A stretch of 32,000 bases of DNA, taken from assembly GCF_000010625.1 (NCBI RefSeq), contig NC_010296.1, positions 4,740,001 through 4,772,000 on the forward strand, written 5' to 3'. Made by a program: the position numbers and the translations under genes. Within the stretch, counting starts at the first letter, position 1. Each line of letters begins with the position of its first letter. Shown in pieces: positions 18,483 through 27,176 of the stretch. Under the pieces are notes generated by a model. That model was given only the letters and a program-made list of their open reading frames with translations. It had not been told where the DNA came from and did not search any database. This DNA is from Microcystis aeruginosa NIES-843 (GTDB taxonomy: Bacteria; Cyanobacteriota; Cyanobacteriia; Cyanobacteriales; Microcystaceae).

Positions 18483-18881
18483 ATGCTGTTTAAATCCCGA
18501 AAGACAAAGCAGAAATTTAACCCCGATTACTGGCGAGATCATTCGGCCAACGAACGCACCTATCTGTCTTGGATGCGTGCCTCGATCGCTTTGATGGGTT
18601 TTGGTCTGGTCATTTTGCGTTTACGGACGGCATCTTCTACCGTCCTAGGATTGGGGTGGCTGTTGGGTTTTGTCTTCGCTATGGTGGGATTATTAACCGT
18701 TGTCATCGCCACGCGCCGATATTTTCTCATCCGGCGAGCGATCGATAGTAATAGCTACGAACCTGCTCAAGTCTGGATTATTTGCTTTAGTATAGCGATC
18801 GCTTGTCTAGGGTCGGGAATTCTCTATTTTGTCGCCACCAGTCCCGATAGCGGTGGAGTAGAAAGCATCGGTTTCGATTAA
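18483..18881 (+). CDS. DUF202 (YidH-like) membrane protein, paralog 1
   Basis: Contains the RDHSANERTYLSWMRASIALMGFGLVILRL motif and three TM helices. The ATG at 18483 matches the start of the paralog at 24226-24666. Confidence 0.8.
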   Translation: MLFKSRKTKQKFNPDYWRDHSANERTYLSWMRASIALMGFGLVILRLRTASSTVLGLGWLLGFVFAMVGLLTVVIATRRYFLIRRAIDSNSYEPAQVWIICFSIAIACLGSGILYFVATSPDSGGVESIGFD

Positions 18882-18883
18882 AA

Positions 18884-18911
18884 CCCCATCCTCGCACGGA
18901 GCGGGATGGGG
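18884..18911. terminator. Hairpin between convergent genes
   Basis: CCCCATCC (18884-18891) pairs with GGATGGGG (18904-18911) around a 12-nt loop. Confidence 0.4.
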
Positions 18912-18958
18912 AGAAAATTGCTCGATACAGGCGGTAAAATCCAGATAACTACTTAGAA

Positions 18959-19210
18959 TTACCCATTTTCCGACCTTTCCCAGGAAGGGGCGAAAGGTGG
19001 ACAAATCAAAGGACAGGCGCGCCAATGACTGTGGACAGCGACTCCCAAGCGTTGACAATAGCCGTTTCCTCTCCCCTGAAACTTATAAAACCGACAATAA
19101 CGACAGGTGGAGGAACAACTGACAACTTTGGGGAGAGGATTTCCCTTGGTTTCGATCGCTGTTAGTTTTGGGGATAGGGTGGAAATGGTGTCTAGCAAGG
19201 AAGTCTCCAA
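18959..19210 (-). CDS. Small Cys-rich hypothetical protein
   Basis: The core reads SCSSTCRYCRFYKFQGRGNGYCQRLGVAVHSHWRACPLICPPF, a pattern I recall from small conserved cyanobacterial proteins. Only a TTG start is available, so the start is uncertain. Confidence 0.45.
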   Translation of the reverse strand: METSLLDTISTLSPKLTAIETKGNPLPKVVSCSSTCRYCRFYKFQGRGNGYCQRLGVAVHSHWRACPLICPPFAPSWERSENG

Positions 19211-19336
19211 GGCTAACGGGGTTCACTAGCGACTCTTACCGTACCTAGTCCCAAATTATGTCACAGTCGCCCATCCTCCCGGAGTATAACGGTTGACACG
19301 CTCCTAAAAAATTGAGAAAATCCCTTGCTGCCAGAA

Positions 19337-20032
19337 CTATTCCACCACAACACGCCTAGAAAAGCCCCAACTTAAGGAGGCCGCCACCATCATTAATACC
19401 ATCCACTCTGGCGGCAAATAGGTTGGTTGACAAGCTTTTAATAACAATCTTCCCCCTACCGCTAAAACCGTCAGATAGGCCGCATCTTGTAGGTAAACAA
19501 ACTCAGCTAACCACCTGACAAATAAACCGGTCAAAAATCGTAGGGCTAACATTCCCAAAATACCACCAGTCAGGAGAATCCAGAATCGATCGGCTAGGGC
19601 GATCGCTGTTGTCACACTATCGAGGGAAAAAGCCAGATCCGTAAAAGCAATCAGAACAATAACACGGCCAAAAGATTCTATGGCGAGATTAGTGGCAAAA
19701 TTTTCGTCTTCTATTTCTATATTTAAAAATTTCTGGCAAAAATGCTTACCCGCTAACCAGATCAGGTAAATAGCACCCAGTACCTCCACCTGCCAGAATT
19801 TAACTGTCCAACTGGCACTGAGTAACAGGGCAACTCTTAACACAAATGCCCCGGCCAATCCCCAGTTTAAAGCCTGGCGTTGTTGTCTGGGGTCGGGAAG
19901 TTCTCGCACCAAAGCGGCCAGGGCGACGGCATTATCGGCCGATAGAATGGTTTCTAAGACTGCCAGGGTGAGAATAGTGCCGCAAGTGGTTAGAGAGAGA
20001 TTTTCAGCTATATCGAGAATTTGAGGGGACAT
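19337..20032 (-). CDS. TerC-family integral membrane protein
   Basis: Contains ILSADNAVALAALV and FSLDSVTTAIAL repeats and seven hydrophobic helices. Confidence 0.8.
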   Translation of the reverse strand: MSPQILDIAENLSLTTCGTILTLAVLETILSADNAVALAALVRELPDPRQQRQALNWGLAGAFVLRVALLLSASWTVKFWQVEVLGAIYLIWLAGKHFCQKFLNIEIEDENFATNLAIESFGRVIVLIAFTDLAFSLDSVTTAIALADRFWILLTGGILGMLALRFLTGLFVRWLAEFVYLQDAAYLTVLAVGGRLLLKACQPTYLPPEWMVLMMVAASLSWGFSRRVVVE

Positions 20033-20406
20033 ATAATTATATTTTTACTCCTATGACGTTGTAGATGCGTCTTGGTATTTCCTGCTAGGATTCTTGACTA
20101 TTTTTTTGTCGGTATAAATCTAAGGTCAAGTTCTTGAGCTTGCGATCGATGGCGAGATTGCTGAAAACGCTCTCCTTGACTAGGATTTTGGCCGGACACT
20201 ATCATCTTAGGTACGGGACAAGCATAAAAGCAAATATTATTAATTGTCGTTTTAATAAATAAAAGTGATGAAAGGGCGAGGGACTTTCTTGGCTTTGCAT
20301 AAAGGGAATTTATGGATTTGAAAACAAAGAATATTTGTTTTTATTAAAGCCATTGCCTAGAGTGAAAACAGAGACTCAAAAAGATCACTCAAGGAGATCA
20401 AAAACG

Positions 20407-20946
20407 ATGAAACCGAAGCTACTGACAGCCTTCTGTCTATTGCTAATCACAGTTTTTTCTTGCTTCCACCCTGCCATCGCTAGGGCCGTTACCCCCACTG
20501 GCGGCGTACCGGCAAAAATTACTCTGGTCGAGCCGGCTGCCGCCGATAATCTGCAAAAACTACAGGAAACTAACGCCTGTGTCGGTTGTGACTTTAACGG
20601 AATTAGCCTCAAAGATTTAAACTTGTCCTCGGCCAATCTAGAAGGAGCAAACCTCAGTCAAGCGGATCTAGAAAGAACTAACCTACAGGGTGCTAATCTC
20701 AAAGGGACTGACCTCCGGGGAGCCGACCTCGGCAAAACTCTCCTAGCGGGAGCCGATTTAAGCAAGGCCAATCTCTTAGGTGCAGATTTAGAAAAAGCTA
20801 ACCTGCAAGGAGCAAACTTAACCAACGCCAATCTGCAAAAAGCTGACTTAGAGAAGGCCAATCTCACTAATGCTCGGTTAGACGGTGCTAACCTGCAAGA
20901 TGCGGACGGTGAAGGGGCGATCGGTGTCGATCCCAATCTATTCTAA
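20407..20946 (+). CDS. Secreted pentapeptide-repeat protein
   Basis: AGGAG precedes the ATG at 20407. The signal peptide is MKPKLLTAFCLLLITVFSCFHPAIA. About 20 A(D/N)LxX pentapeptide repeats follow. Confidence 0.85.
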   Translation: MKPKLLTAFCLLLITVFSCFHPAIARAVTPTGGVPAKITLVEPAAADNLQKLQETNACVGCDFNGISLKDLNLSSANLEGANLSQADLERTNLQGANLKGTDLRGADLGKTLLAGADLSKANLLGADLEKANLQGANLTNANLQKADLEKANLTNARLDGANLQDADGEGAIGVDPNLF

Positions 20947-21001
20947 AAAAAGTTTTTATGGCAGAATCAAGTTTTAGCGGTTTTCAAGGAGAGCAATATC
21001 T

Positions 21002-21331
21002 ATGGAAATTACTCCTTTTTCTCAGCGATCGCTAGATGGGGAGGGAGCGGAAATGCTGCTAGACTTTAAAAAAGCCCATCAGCAAGATTTAAAGGCAATT
21101 GCCGAGATTTTGGCAAGAATTAGTCACCAATCACCAGAAAAGGTAGAAATTCTCTTGGAGACAATGCTAAAACAACTGATAGAGCCAAAAACACCTTTCT
21201 ACGAGACGGCAACATCGACGGAACGAGCGCAAGCTTTTCGGGATTGGGCAAGTAGTCACGATCGAGGCAGCGCACTTTTATCCGACTATGCCGTAAGTCG
21301 CGATAGTATCTATGACGATGAGTGCCTGTGA
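21002..21331 (+). CDS. Putative antitoxin partner of the PIN toxin
   Basis: 109 aa. The gene overlaps the downstream PIN gene by 10 bp. The C-terminal LSDYAVSRDSIYDD is typical of cyanobacterial VapB-like partners as I recall them. Confidence 0.55.
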   Translation: MEITPFSQRSLDGEGAEMLLDFKKAHQQDLKAIAEILARISHQSPEKVEILLETMLKQLIEPKTPFYETATSTERAQAFRDWASSHDRGSALLSDYAVSRDSIYDDECL

Positions 21332-21771
21332 CTTTTTTAGTTGATACTAATGTCTTATTGCGAAGTGCGGAACCTGATCACACCATGTATGGCGATGCTG
21401 TGGGTGCGACAAGTCTATTATTGGGACAAGGAGAAAAACTCTATATCGCACCACAGAATTTAATCGAGTTTTGGAACGTTTACACCCGTCCAATTAATAG
21501 AAATGGTTTAGGACGCACAGTGGCCGCAGCCAAGGCTGAAATCGATCGCCTAAAGTCACTTTTTCCCATTATTGACGATCTGCCCGCTATTTATCCCGAA
21601 TGGGAACGCTTAGTCTTCACCTATTCAGTCAAGGGTGTGCAGGTACATGATGCGAAGCTAGTAGCAGCCATGTGCGTTCATGACCTTACACATATTCTGA
21701 CCTTTAATGTTGACGATTTTAGCCGTTACCCGGAAATAATCGCCGTTCATCCTGCGACCGTCAGGTGCTAA
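21322..21771 (+). CDS. vapC: PIN-domain ribonuclease toxin (VapC-like)
   Basis: Starts with GTG. The N-terminal LVDTNVLL carries the first PIN acidic residue. Later acidic residues are in QNLIEFWNV and HDAKLVA...TFNVDDF. Confidence 0.75.
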   Translation: MPVTFLVDTNVLLRSAEPDHTMYGDAVGATSLLLGQGEKLYIAPQNLIEFWNVYTRPINRNGLGRTVAAAKAEIDRLKSLFPIIDDLPAIYPEWERLVFTYSVKGVQVHDAKLVAAMCVHDLTHILTFNVDDFSRYPEIIAVHPATVRC

Positions 21772-21786
21772 CAATAAGGGTGACTT

Positions 21787-22791
21787 TTAAGCAAAAACGC
21801 GAGCATCCCGAGGACGAACATAAACTTGCTCCCCGACTTGGAGGTGCAGTTGATCCAGTTGTTCTCGATTCAGATGGGCAATCAGGAGAGAGCGATCGGG
21901 TAGAATTAATTCCACATCGATGGCCCAACCCAGATGGATAATACGCTCGACTTTTGCCGCAATGCTAGACCCATTGGGAGAAGAGAGAATTTCTAGGTCG
22001 TGGGGACGAATGAAAATCTTGACTCCGTTAGTACCCCCTCCGAGCTGCTCGAATAGTGCAGCCGAGGTCGGTGGTAAAACATTCACCCGGCCGATAAAAC
22101 TCATCACAAAAGCAGAGGCAGGATGATCGTACACCTGATCGGGAGTTCCCACCTGTTCGATTTTACCCTCATTGAAAATTACGATCTCGTCGGCCACTTC
22201 CATGGCTTCCTCCTGGTCGTGGGTGACAAAAACACTGGTGACATGGACCTCCTCGTGTAACTGTCGCAACCAAACTCGTAGCTCTTTTCTAACTTTGGCA
22301 TCCAAGGCCCCAAAAGGCTCATCTAATAATAATACTTCCGGTTCCACCGCTAAGGCCCGGGCCAGGGCAACCCGTTGACGTTGACCCCCGGATAGTTGGG
22401 CCGGATAGCGATCGCCTAATCCCTGCAATTGAATTAAACTCAAGAGATTGTCCACTCGTTTTTGAATGTAGTCCGGGGCAGCTTTGCGAATCTTTAAACC
22501 GAAAGCGATATTCTGACGCACCGTCAGGTGTTTAAAAAGCGCATAATGCTGAAAAACAAAGCCAATATTCCTTTTTCTGACATTTAAATGGGTTGTGTCT
22601 TTGCCGTTGATGATAATTTTGCCTGTGTCGGGAGGTTCTAATCCTGCGATCGCTCTCAGGAGAGTGGTTTTTCCTGAACCGGACGGCCCCAGCAGTGCCA
22701 CCAGACGATTCGATTTGATCTCTAGGTTGATGTTGTCTAAAGCAGTAAAGGTGCCGAATTTTTTCGATACTCGCTCGATGATGATGCTCAC
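21787..22791 (-). CDS. cysA: Sulfate/thiosulfate ABC transporter ATP-binding protein
   Basis: Contains Walker [10 protein letters not shown], the signature [15 protein letters not shown] and Walker B LLLDEP. The N-terminal region ([18 protein letters not shown]...[16 protein letters not shown]) and the C-terminal TOBE-like domain are typical of CysA. Confidence 0.85.
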   Translation of the reverse strand: MSIIIERVSKKFGTFTALDNINLEIKSNRLVALLGPSGSGKTTLLRAIAGLEPPDTGKIIINGKDTTHLNVRKRNIGFVFQHYALFKHLTVRQNIAFGLKIRKAAPDYIQKRVDNLLSLIQLQGLGDRYPAQLSGGQRQRVALARALAVEPEVLLLDEPFGALDAKVRKELRVWLRQLHEEVHVTSVFVTHDQEEAMEVADEIVIFNEGKIEQVGTPDQVYDHPASAFVMSFIGRVNVLPPTSAALFEQLGGGTNGVKIFIRPHDLEILSSPNGSSIAAKVERIIHLGWAIDVELILPDRSLLIAHLNREQLDQLHLQVGEQVYVRPRDARVFA

Positions 22792-23070
22792 GGTAATCCT
22801 CTGGCAAAAAAATGTATAGGGTTTGACCGTATTTTAACCATGATTTAATCGCAATCGTATTAAAATACACTTACATTTTACAAGATAGCAAGAAAATTAA
22901 GTTTCGATTCGGAGATTACTGGTTGTAAACAGAGACTAAAAGATTAAACAGCGATAAAAGCTTACTAATACTCTTTTTTGCTCTTTTAGTCGGTTCTAAA
23001 GGCTTAATTAACTAATTTTGTCCCTTAACCACCAGAAACACACCGGAGAAAAGAGACAACTGAGGCAAAA

Positions 23071-23868
23071 ATGGACTATTCTTTATTGACAATATTTAGC
23101 TTTTTTATCGGAATTGTCGTGGGATTAACGGGAATTGGCGGTTCATCCTTGATTACACCCCTATTAATCTTTGTATTTCAGGTTCCCGCTACCACCGCAG
23201 TGGGTTCCGATGTGGTAGCGGCCGGGTTGATGAAAGTGGTCGGCACTGTTCGTCACTGGCAACAGCAAACGATCGAGTTAGAAGTGGTAAAATGGCTAGT
23301 AATTGGCAGTGTACCCGGTTCTCTGTTAGGATTAGTCGGTTTTCGCTATTTTCAGCAGAATAGCTCTCTCAATCTCGATCAATGGTTGCCTCCTATCATC
23401 GGTCTTGTCTTGATGATCGTGACTGTCCTAGCGGCCCTGGAACTACTAATCTCCTTGTTTTTTCCCGATTTGTCCCCTTGGTCCTGGCCAAAATTAGATT
23501 TAACCACTCGCTCTGGTCAGATAAAAACAACGATATTGGGGGCAGTTTTAGGCTATTTGGTCGGTTTAACCAGTATTTCCAGTGGTTCCTTATTTGCATT
23601 GGTCTTGATGACCTTTTTTCAGCTTGATTCTCGCAAATTAGTCGGTACAGATCTATCGCAAGCTTCCATCCTCTTAACCTGTACTTCCATCGGTCATCTG
23701 GGATTAGGAACAGTAGACTGGAATCTGGTACTTCCCATCTGGTTGGGTGGGATACCGGGGGTAGTAGTGGGAGCAAGATTATCGGAATATTTCCCCAAAA
23801 ATGCCCTAAAAATACTGCTTTATACGGTTCTAGTCACGGTCAGTTGGCGCTTACTCCAACCCACCTAA
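23071..23868 (+). CDS. TauE/SafE (TSUP) family sulfite/anion exporter
   Basis: 265 aa with eight TM helices. The duplicated GxGGS motifs (GLTGIGGSSLITPLL) are characteristic. Confidence 0.8.
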   Translation: MDYSLLTIFSFFIGIVVGLTGIGGSSLITPLLIFVFQVPATTAVGSDVVAAGLMKVVGTVRHWQQQTIELEVVKWLVIGSVPGSLLGLVGFRYFQQNSSLNLDQWLPPIIGLVLMIVTVLAALELLISLFFPDLSPWSWPKLDLTTRSGQIKTTILGAVLGYLVGLTSISSGSLFALVLMTFFQLDSRKLVGTDLSQASILLTCTSIGHLGLGTVDWNLVLPIWLGGIPGVVVGARLSEYFPKNALKILLYTVLVTVSWRLLQPT

Positions 23869-23893
23869 TCCCCAGAGTTCACTCGAAGGTCAT

Positions 23894-24246
23894 CGGAAAT
23901 TTTGGGTCTGAAACCCCGCCGTTCTAGGTTGGCTTTACGTTAGAATTAAAAGGCCAGTCTCGAAAACCAAGTGGACGGCGCAGCACCTTGAAAACTCGGC
24001 TTAGGGGGTTCCGACCAGAAAAGCTTGGCCGGGTAAAAAGTCGCGCGCAACAAGTACAAGAAGCTATAGGCGGTCAACGTACCGTGGGACACACGGAATC
24101 GGGCTTCTGAAATGGGGCGAAAGTCTGTGGACTCTGTGTAAGACAGTACATGGTTTTTTAACTGTGGTATGCGACGGTGGTGGAAGCAGAAACTTAAATC
24201 GTGAGGTTTAGGAATCGCCGCACTTTTAGGGCGGCGAGGATGTCAA
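23894..24246 (+). mobile_element. Second TnpB-less miniature IS200/IS605-family derivative (353 bp)
   Basis: The left end CGGAAATTTTGGGTCTGAAACCCCGCCGTTCTAGG and the right end AAATCGTGAGGTTTAGGAATCGCCGCACTTTTAGGGCGGCGAGGATGTCAA match the tnpB element. Its interior shares ordered patches with the 9212-9570 copy (aaccaag, accttga, tagggggtt, cagaaaag). The motif 5' of the left end is GTCAT. Confidence 0.8.
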
Positions 24247-24666
24247 CATACTACCCATCAACAGATCGGGACTGGTGGCGACAAAATAGATAATTCCCGC
24301 ACCGAGAATAACGATCACTAAACTAAATAGTACCACCCATCGATCGGCTGGTTCATAGGTATCTTCATCTATATCTCGTCTGACTGTAAAATAATGGGCC
24401 GTGGTCAAAAATACGGTCAATAAACCCACTAAAGCAAACATTAAGCCTAATTTCCAGCCATAACCGGGACGGGGAACCAGGGGAGGATGAAAGGCCCGTA
24501 AACGCAGGATAACCATACCAAAACCCATTAATGCGATCGCTGTTCGCATCCAAGACAGATAGGTGCGTTCATTGGCCAGATGATCGCGGACTCGATTGGG
24601 ATTGACTTTTTTCGGTGTAATGCTGGTCTTGCTTTCCGTCACTGGTGATTTGAGAAAAAATAACAT
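24226..24666 (-). CDS. DUF202 membrane protein, paralog 2; last codons and stop supplied by the mini-IS right end
   Basis: Contains RDHLANERTYLSWMRTAIALMGFGMVILRL. The C-terminus ...SPDLLMGSM-LTSSPP* reads into the element. The excised-site reconstruction gives ...LLMGSMMTFE*. Confidence 0.8.
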   Translation of the reverse strand: MLFFLKSPVTESKTSITPKKVNPNRVRDHLANERTYLSWMRTAIALMGFGMVILRLRAFHPPLVPRPGYGWKLGLMFALVGLLTVFLTTAHYFTVRRDIDEDTYEPADRWVVLFSLVIVILGAGIIYFVATSPDLLMGSMLTSSPP

Positions 24667-24930
24667 GATCGAGTTGACTAGGGGTCGGTTTCAAGTTGAC
24701 CGCTTGATAAGATGATGTTATTCTATGGCACTTGAGTTATAGATGGTATGGAAAAAATCTAAAATCTCTTTTTAGATGTATTTGTATTGAATCAGAAATT
24801 AAATAGGGTTTGCTGAATAAATCTAAAAACATTGTTCGATAAGACTTTTAGACCTTTTTGAAATCCAAAAGTACTGGCCATTGGAGTGATCGGGGGGAAA
24901 ATACCTGGACTTTTTCCCTGAAAATGGGTA

Positions 24931-25005
24931 AAACCCTACACCCTACACCCTGCCCCCCCGATGTCGGGGGGGGTTGGGGGGGCCACACCCTACACCCTGC
25001 CCCCA
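24931..25005. repeat. C-tract/G-tract repeat block with a CCCTACA heptamer and a C7/G8 palindrome
   Basis: The sequence is CCCTACACCCTACACCCTGCCCCCCCGATGTCGGGGGGGGTTGGGGGGGCCACACCCTACACCCTGCCCCC. The CACCCTACACCCTGCCCCC unit occurs twice. The central palindrome is CCCCCCCGA/TCGGGGGGG. Confidence 0.7.
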
Positions 25006-25028
25006 GGAAAAACTTTTTGCCGCAAACC

Positions 25029-25712
25029 CTAAATAGATTCTGCTTGCTGCTGGAGAAGCGCCCATCCATAGCTTAAGGATAGGGCCAAGAAAGCCAGGGG
25101 AAGACTTTCCTTGATTATAAACACACCCAAACCGATCAACACACAGGGGACAAAGTGGCTGCCGTGACTGGTAATTAAATTAGCGATCGCCGGTAATTTA
25201 GTCAACTGATGAGCAGTAAAACACCAAACACCCACCAAGATCAGAAAAACGCTGACGATAGTGACTAAATTTGGCCAGGTATTACTAGCAAACAGCGGCA
25301 GATAAATGCCGATATTATCACTACCATTGGCGATGGTAATTGCCGCCACAGCACCGGTTTGAGGGGAAAACCAGGCCAGCAAAGGAGAAGACGGTGCTGA
25401 TTCTACAGCCACCTCCACATTATTATCCGTCTCGGTTTCTTCTCGCTGCCAGAGAGTCCGAATCCCGACAATCACCGGCAAAAGACCGAGAAAACGAATC
25501 CACTGAGCCGGAATCAAGAAACTCCCGAAAAAGCCAGTTAAACTCGCCAAAATAAGCAGTATAAAGCCTAAATACTGACCGATAACGATATGACGACGGC
25601 GAAAAAGTTTATTGACCTGGGCGAAAAGAATCGTCAAAATCAGGATGTCATCGAGATTGGTGGCAATAAAGGCCGCTATTGCTGTGGATATGGCAGTAAT
25701 CATGGTAGTCAT
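25029..25712 (-). CDS. CadD-family membrane protein, paralog 2
   Basis: Starts MTTMITAISTAIAAFIATNLDDILILTILFA and contains GQYLGF and ANGSDNIGIY. The ATG at 25712 is preceded by AAGGAAA. The track's upstream extension is unlikely. Confidence 0.75.
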   Translation of the reverse strand: MTTMITAISTAIAAFIATNLDDILILTILFAQVNKLFRRRHIVIGQYLGFILLILASLTGFFGSFLIPAQWIRFLGLLPVIVGIRTLWQREETETDNNVEVAVESAPSSPLLAWFSPQTGAVAAITIANGSDNIGIYLPLFASNTWPNLVTIVSVFLILVGVWCFTAHQLTKLPAIANLITSHGSHFVPCVLIGLGVFIIKESLPLAFLALSLSYGWALLQQQAESI

Positions 25713-25776
25713 GGGATTTTTTTCCTTAATCGGGTCTTCTGATCTCGATCGCCCTACTTCTACTCTAGAAAGAGCC

Positions 25777-25817
25777 ATTAATAAAATCAAATATTCTTTC
25801 TTGTTGATTTAATAAAT
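25777..25817. promoter_or_regulatory. AT-rich dyad in the divergent CadD/LysR intergenic region; candidate LysR operator
   Basis: ATTAATAAAATCAA-N13-TTGATTTAATAAAT, with 12/14 symmetric positions and an inner ATCAA..TTGAT core. It lies between the divergent starts at 25712 and 25860. Confidence 0.35.
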
Positions 25818-25859
25818 TAAAATGATGGAAAGACCAATAGAGACGGAAAACCCCTTGCC

Positions 25860-26780
25860 ATGGCCAGAATGACCCTAGATCAACTGGAAATCTTTCTAGC
25901 GACTGCCGAACATCTCCACTTCACCAAAGCAGCAGAAGCTTTATATATCACCCAACCGGCCGTCAGTGCCGCCATTGCCTCTCTAGAAAGTGAATACGGG
26001 GTGAAATTATTCCACCGCGTCGGTCGTCACATCGAGATCACGGAAACAGGACGTTTATTGCAATTAGAAGCGCAACGCATTCTCACCCAGGTGACTTTGA
26101 CAGAAAGGGGATTAGCGGAATTCAACGACTTGCAACGGGGAGAACTACAATTAGGATCGAGTTTGACTATTGGTAACTATTGGCTGCCGGCAAAAATTAG
26201 CGATTTTCAGGAGCGCTATCCGGCAATTAAGATCAATTGCACCCTAGCTAATACGGAAGAAATCTGTCTGGGTACGGCTAACGGACGTTTTGACCTAGCA
26301 TTAATCGAGGGAGAAGTCAAGAGTGATTTAACACATTGTTTAGAACAGGAGATCGTCGGCAGCGATCGCCTATTAATTATTGTCGGACGTTCTCATCCCT
26401 GGTATAAAAGAGAGGCGATCGAATTACCCGAATTAGTGGAAACCCCTTGGGTAATGCGAGAATCGGGATCGGGAACTCAACAAAGATTCGAGGAAGCGTT
26501 ACAGAATTGGGGCATCGATTTACGGACATTAAAGGTGACTTTGCTGTTAAATACGGGAGAAATGGTGAAAGCAATCATCGAGAATAGTTCGGCAGCTGCC
26601 GGGATTTCCGAATTGATGGTTCAAAAGGAATTAGAATTAGGCACATTGCGATCGATTCGAGTCATCGATACTTCCGGTTTATACCCTCGTTATCTCGAAT
26701 TTACGCGCCCTTTTTTAAAAATAAAACACCGTCAGCGCTTTCAACCCCGCGTCTGTCAAGTTTTCGAGCAGATGTTGTAA
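25860..26780 (+). CDS. LysR-family transcriptional regulator
   Basis: The N-terminal wHTH reads LDQLEIFLATAEHLHFTKAAEALYITQPAVSAAIASLE. A C-terminal substrate-binding domain follows. The gene is divergent from the CadD paralog. Confidence 0.88.
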   Translation: MARMTLDQLEIFLATAEHLHFTKAAEALYITQPAVSAAIASLESEYGVKLFHRVGRHIEITETGRLLQLEAQRILTQVTLTERGLAEFNDLQRGELQLGSSLTIGNYWLPAKISDFQERYPAIKINCTLANTEEICLGTANGRFDLALIEGEVKSDLTHCLEQEIVGSDRLLIIVGRSHPWYKREAIELPELVETPWVMRESGSGTQQRFEEALQNWGIDLRTLKVTLLLNTGEMVKAIIENSSAAAGISELMVQKELELGTLRSIRVIDTSGLYPRYLEFTRPFLKIKHRQRFQPRVCQVFEQML

Positions 26781-26785
26781 TCTCA

Positions 26786-26907
26786 TAAGTAGTCGTGCAA
26801 AATTAATTTCCTAGTCGAGACAGGAGACTCCGAGACGGGAGACGGGAGACGGGAGACGGGAGACGGGAGACGGGAGACGGGATACAGCTATTAGGGATCG
26901 GATTTGA
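26786..26907 (+). repeat. STRR-like element, copy R (inverted relative to copy L)
   Basis: The sequence is TAAGTAGTCGTGCAAAATTAATTTCCTAGTCGAGAC-AGGAGAC-TCCGAGAC-(GGGAGAC)x6-GGGATAC-AGCTATTAGGGATCGGATTTGA. The 36-nt 5' flank is identical to the reverse complement of 4424-4459. Confidence 0.85.
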
Positions 26908-27105
26908 GTTTTCAGTTCACTGTTTCCTCACATCAGAAGTCTGACGGGGTAGTGGCTTAGATGTGTAATTAATTGTGCTTAGATACTTAGCAATCACCGA
27001 AAATTAACCTGAGCAAAAATAAAGATATGTAAGGGAAATTATTTTTGGCAAAAAAGAGAGATTATAAGTAAGTAGTTATAATTAAATTGAAGATAGATTT
27101 TGCCT

Positions 27106-27176
27106 CTGATCCCCCCTGCCCCCCTTGATAAGGGGGGTGCTGATCCCCCCTTAGTCCCCCCTTGATAAGGGGGGTG
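27106..27176. repeat. Tandem pair of ~35-bp units, each with a CCCCCC-TTGATAA-GGGGGG hairpin
   Basis: CTGATCCCCCCTGCCCCCCTTGATAAGGGGGGTG is followed by CTGATCCCCCCTTAGTCCCCCCTTGATAAGGGGGGTG. Confidence 0.7.

Noticed and set aside
18807-19058. 83-aa minus-strand ORF overlapping both the DUF202 3' end and the Cys-rich ORF.
   Set aside because: It overlaps two better-supported features and has no motif content. I preferred the 18959-19210 frame because of its conserved-looking Cys pattern.
20033-20330. Possible yybP-ykoY (Mn2+) riboswitch upstream of the TerC-family gene.
   Set aside because: TerC/Alx genes often carry this leader. I saw loose resemblances (AAGGAGAGCG, CTTGACCTTA, TAGCAGGAAATACC), but I could not build the conserved four-helix pairing by eye. 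A covariance-model scan (Rfam RF00080) is needed, so I make no call.
24848-25076. Track ORFs 24848-25069 (-) and 24858-25076 (+).
   Set aside because: They are driven entirely by the C/G homopolymer repeat block, giving poly-Pro/Gly products. They also overlap the 3' end of the CadD paralog.
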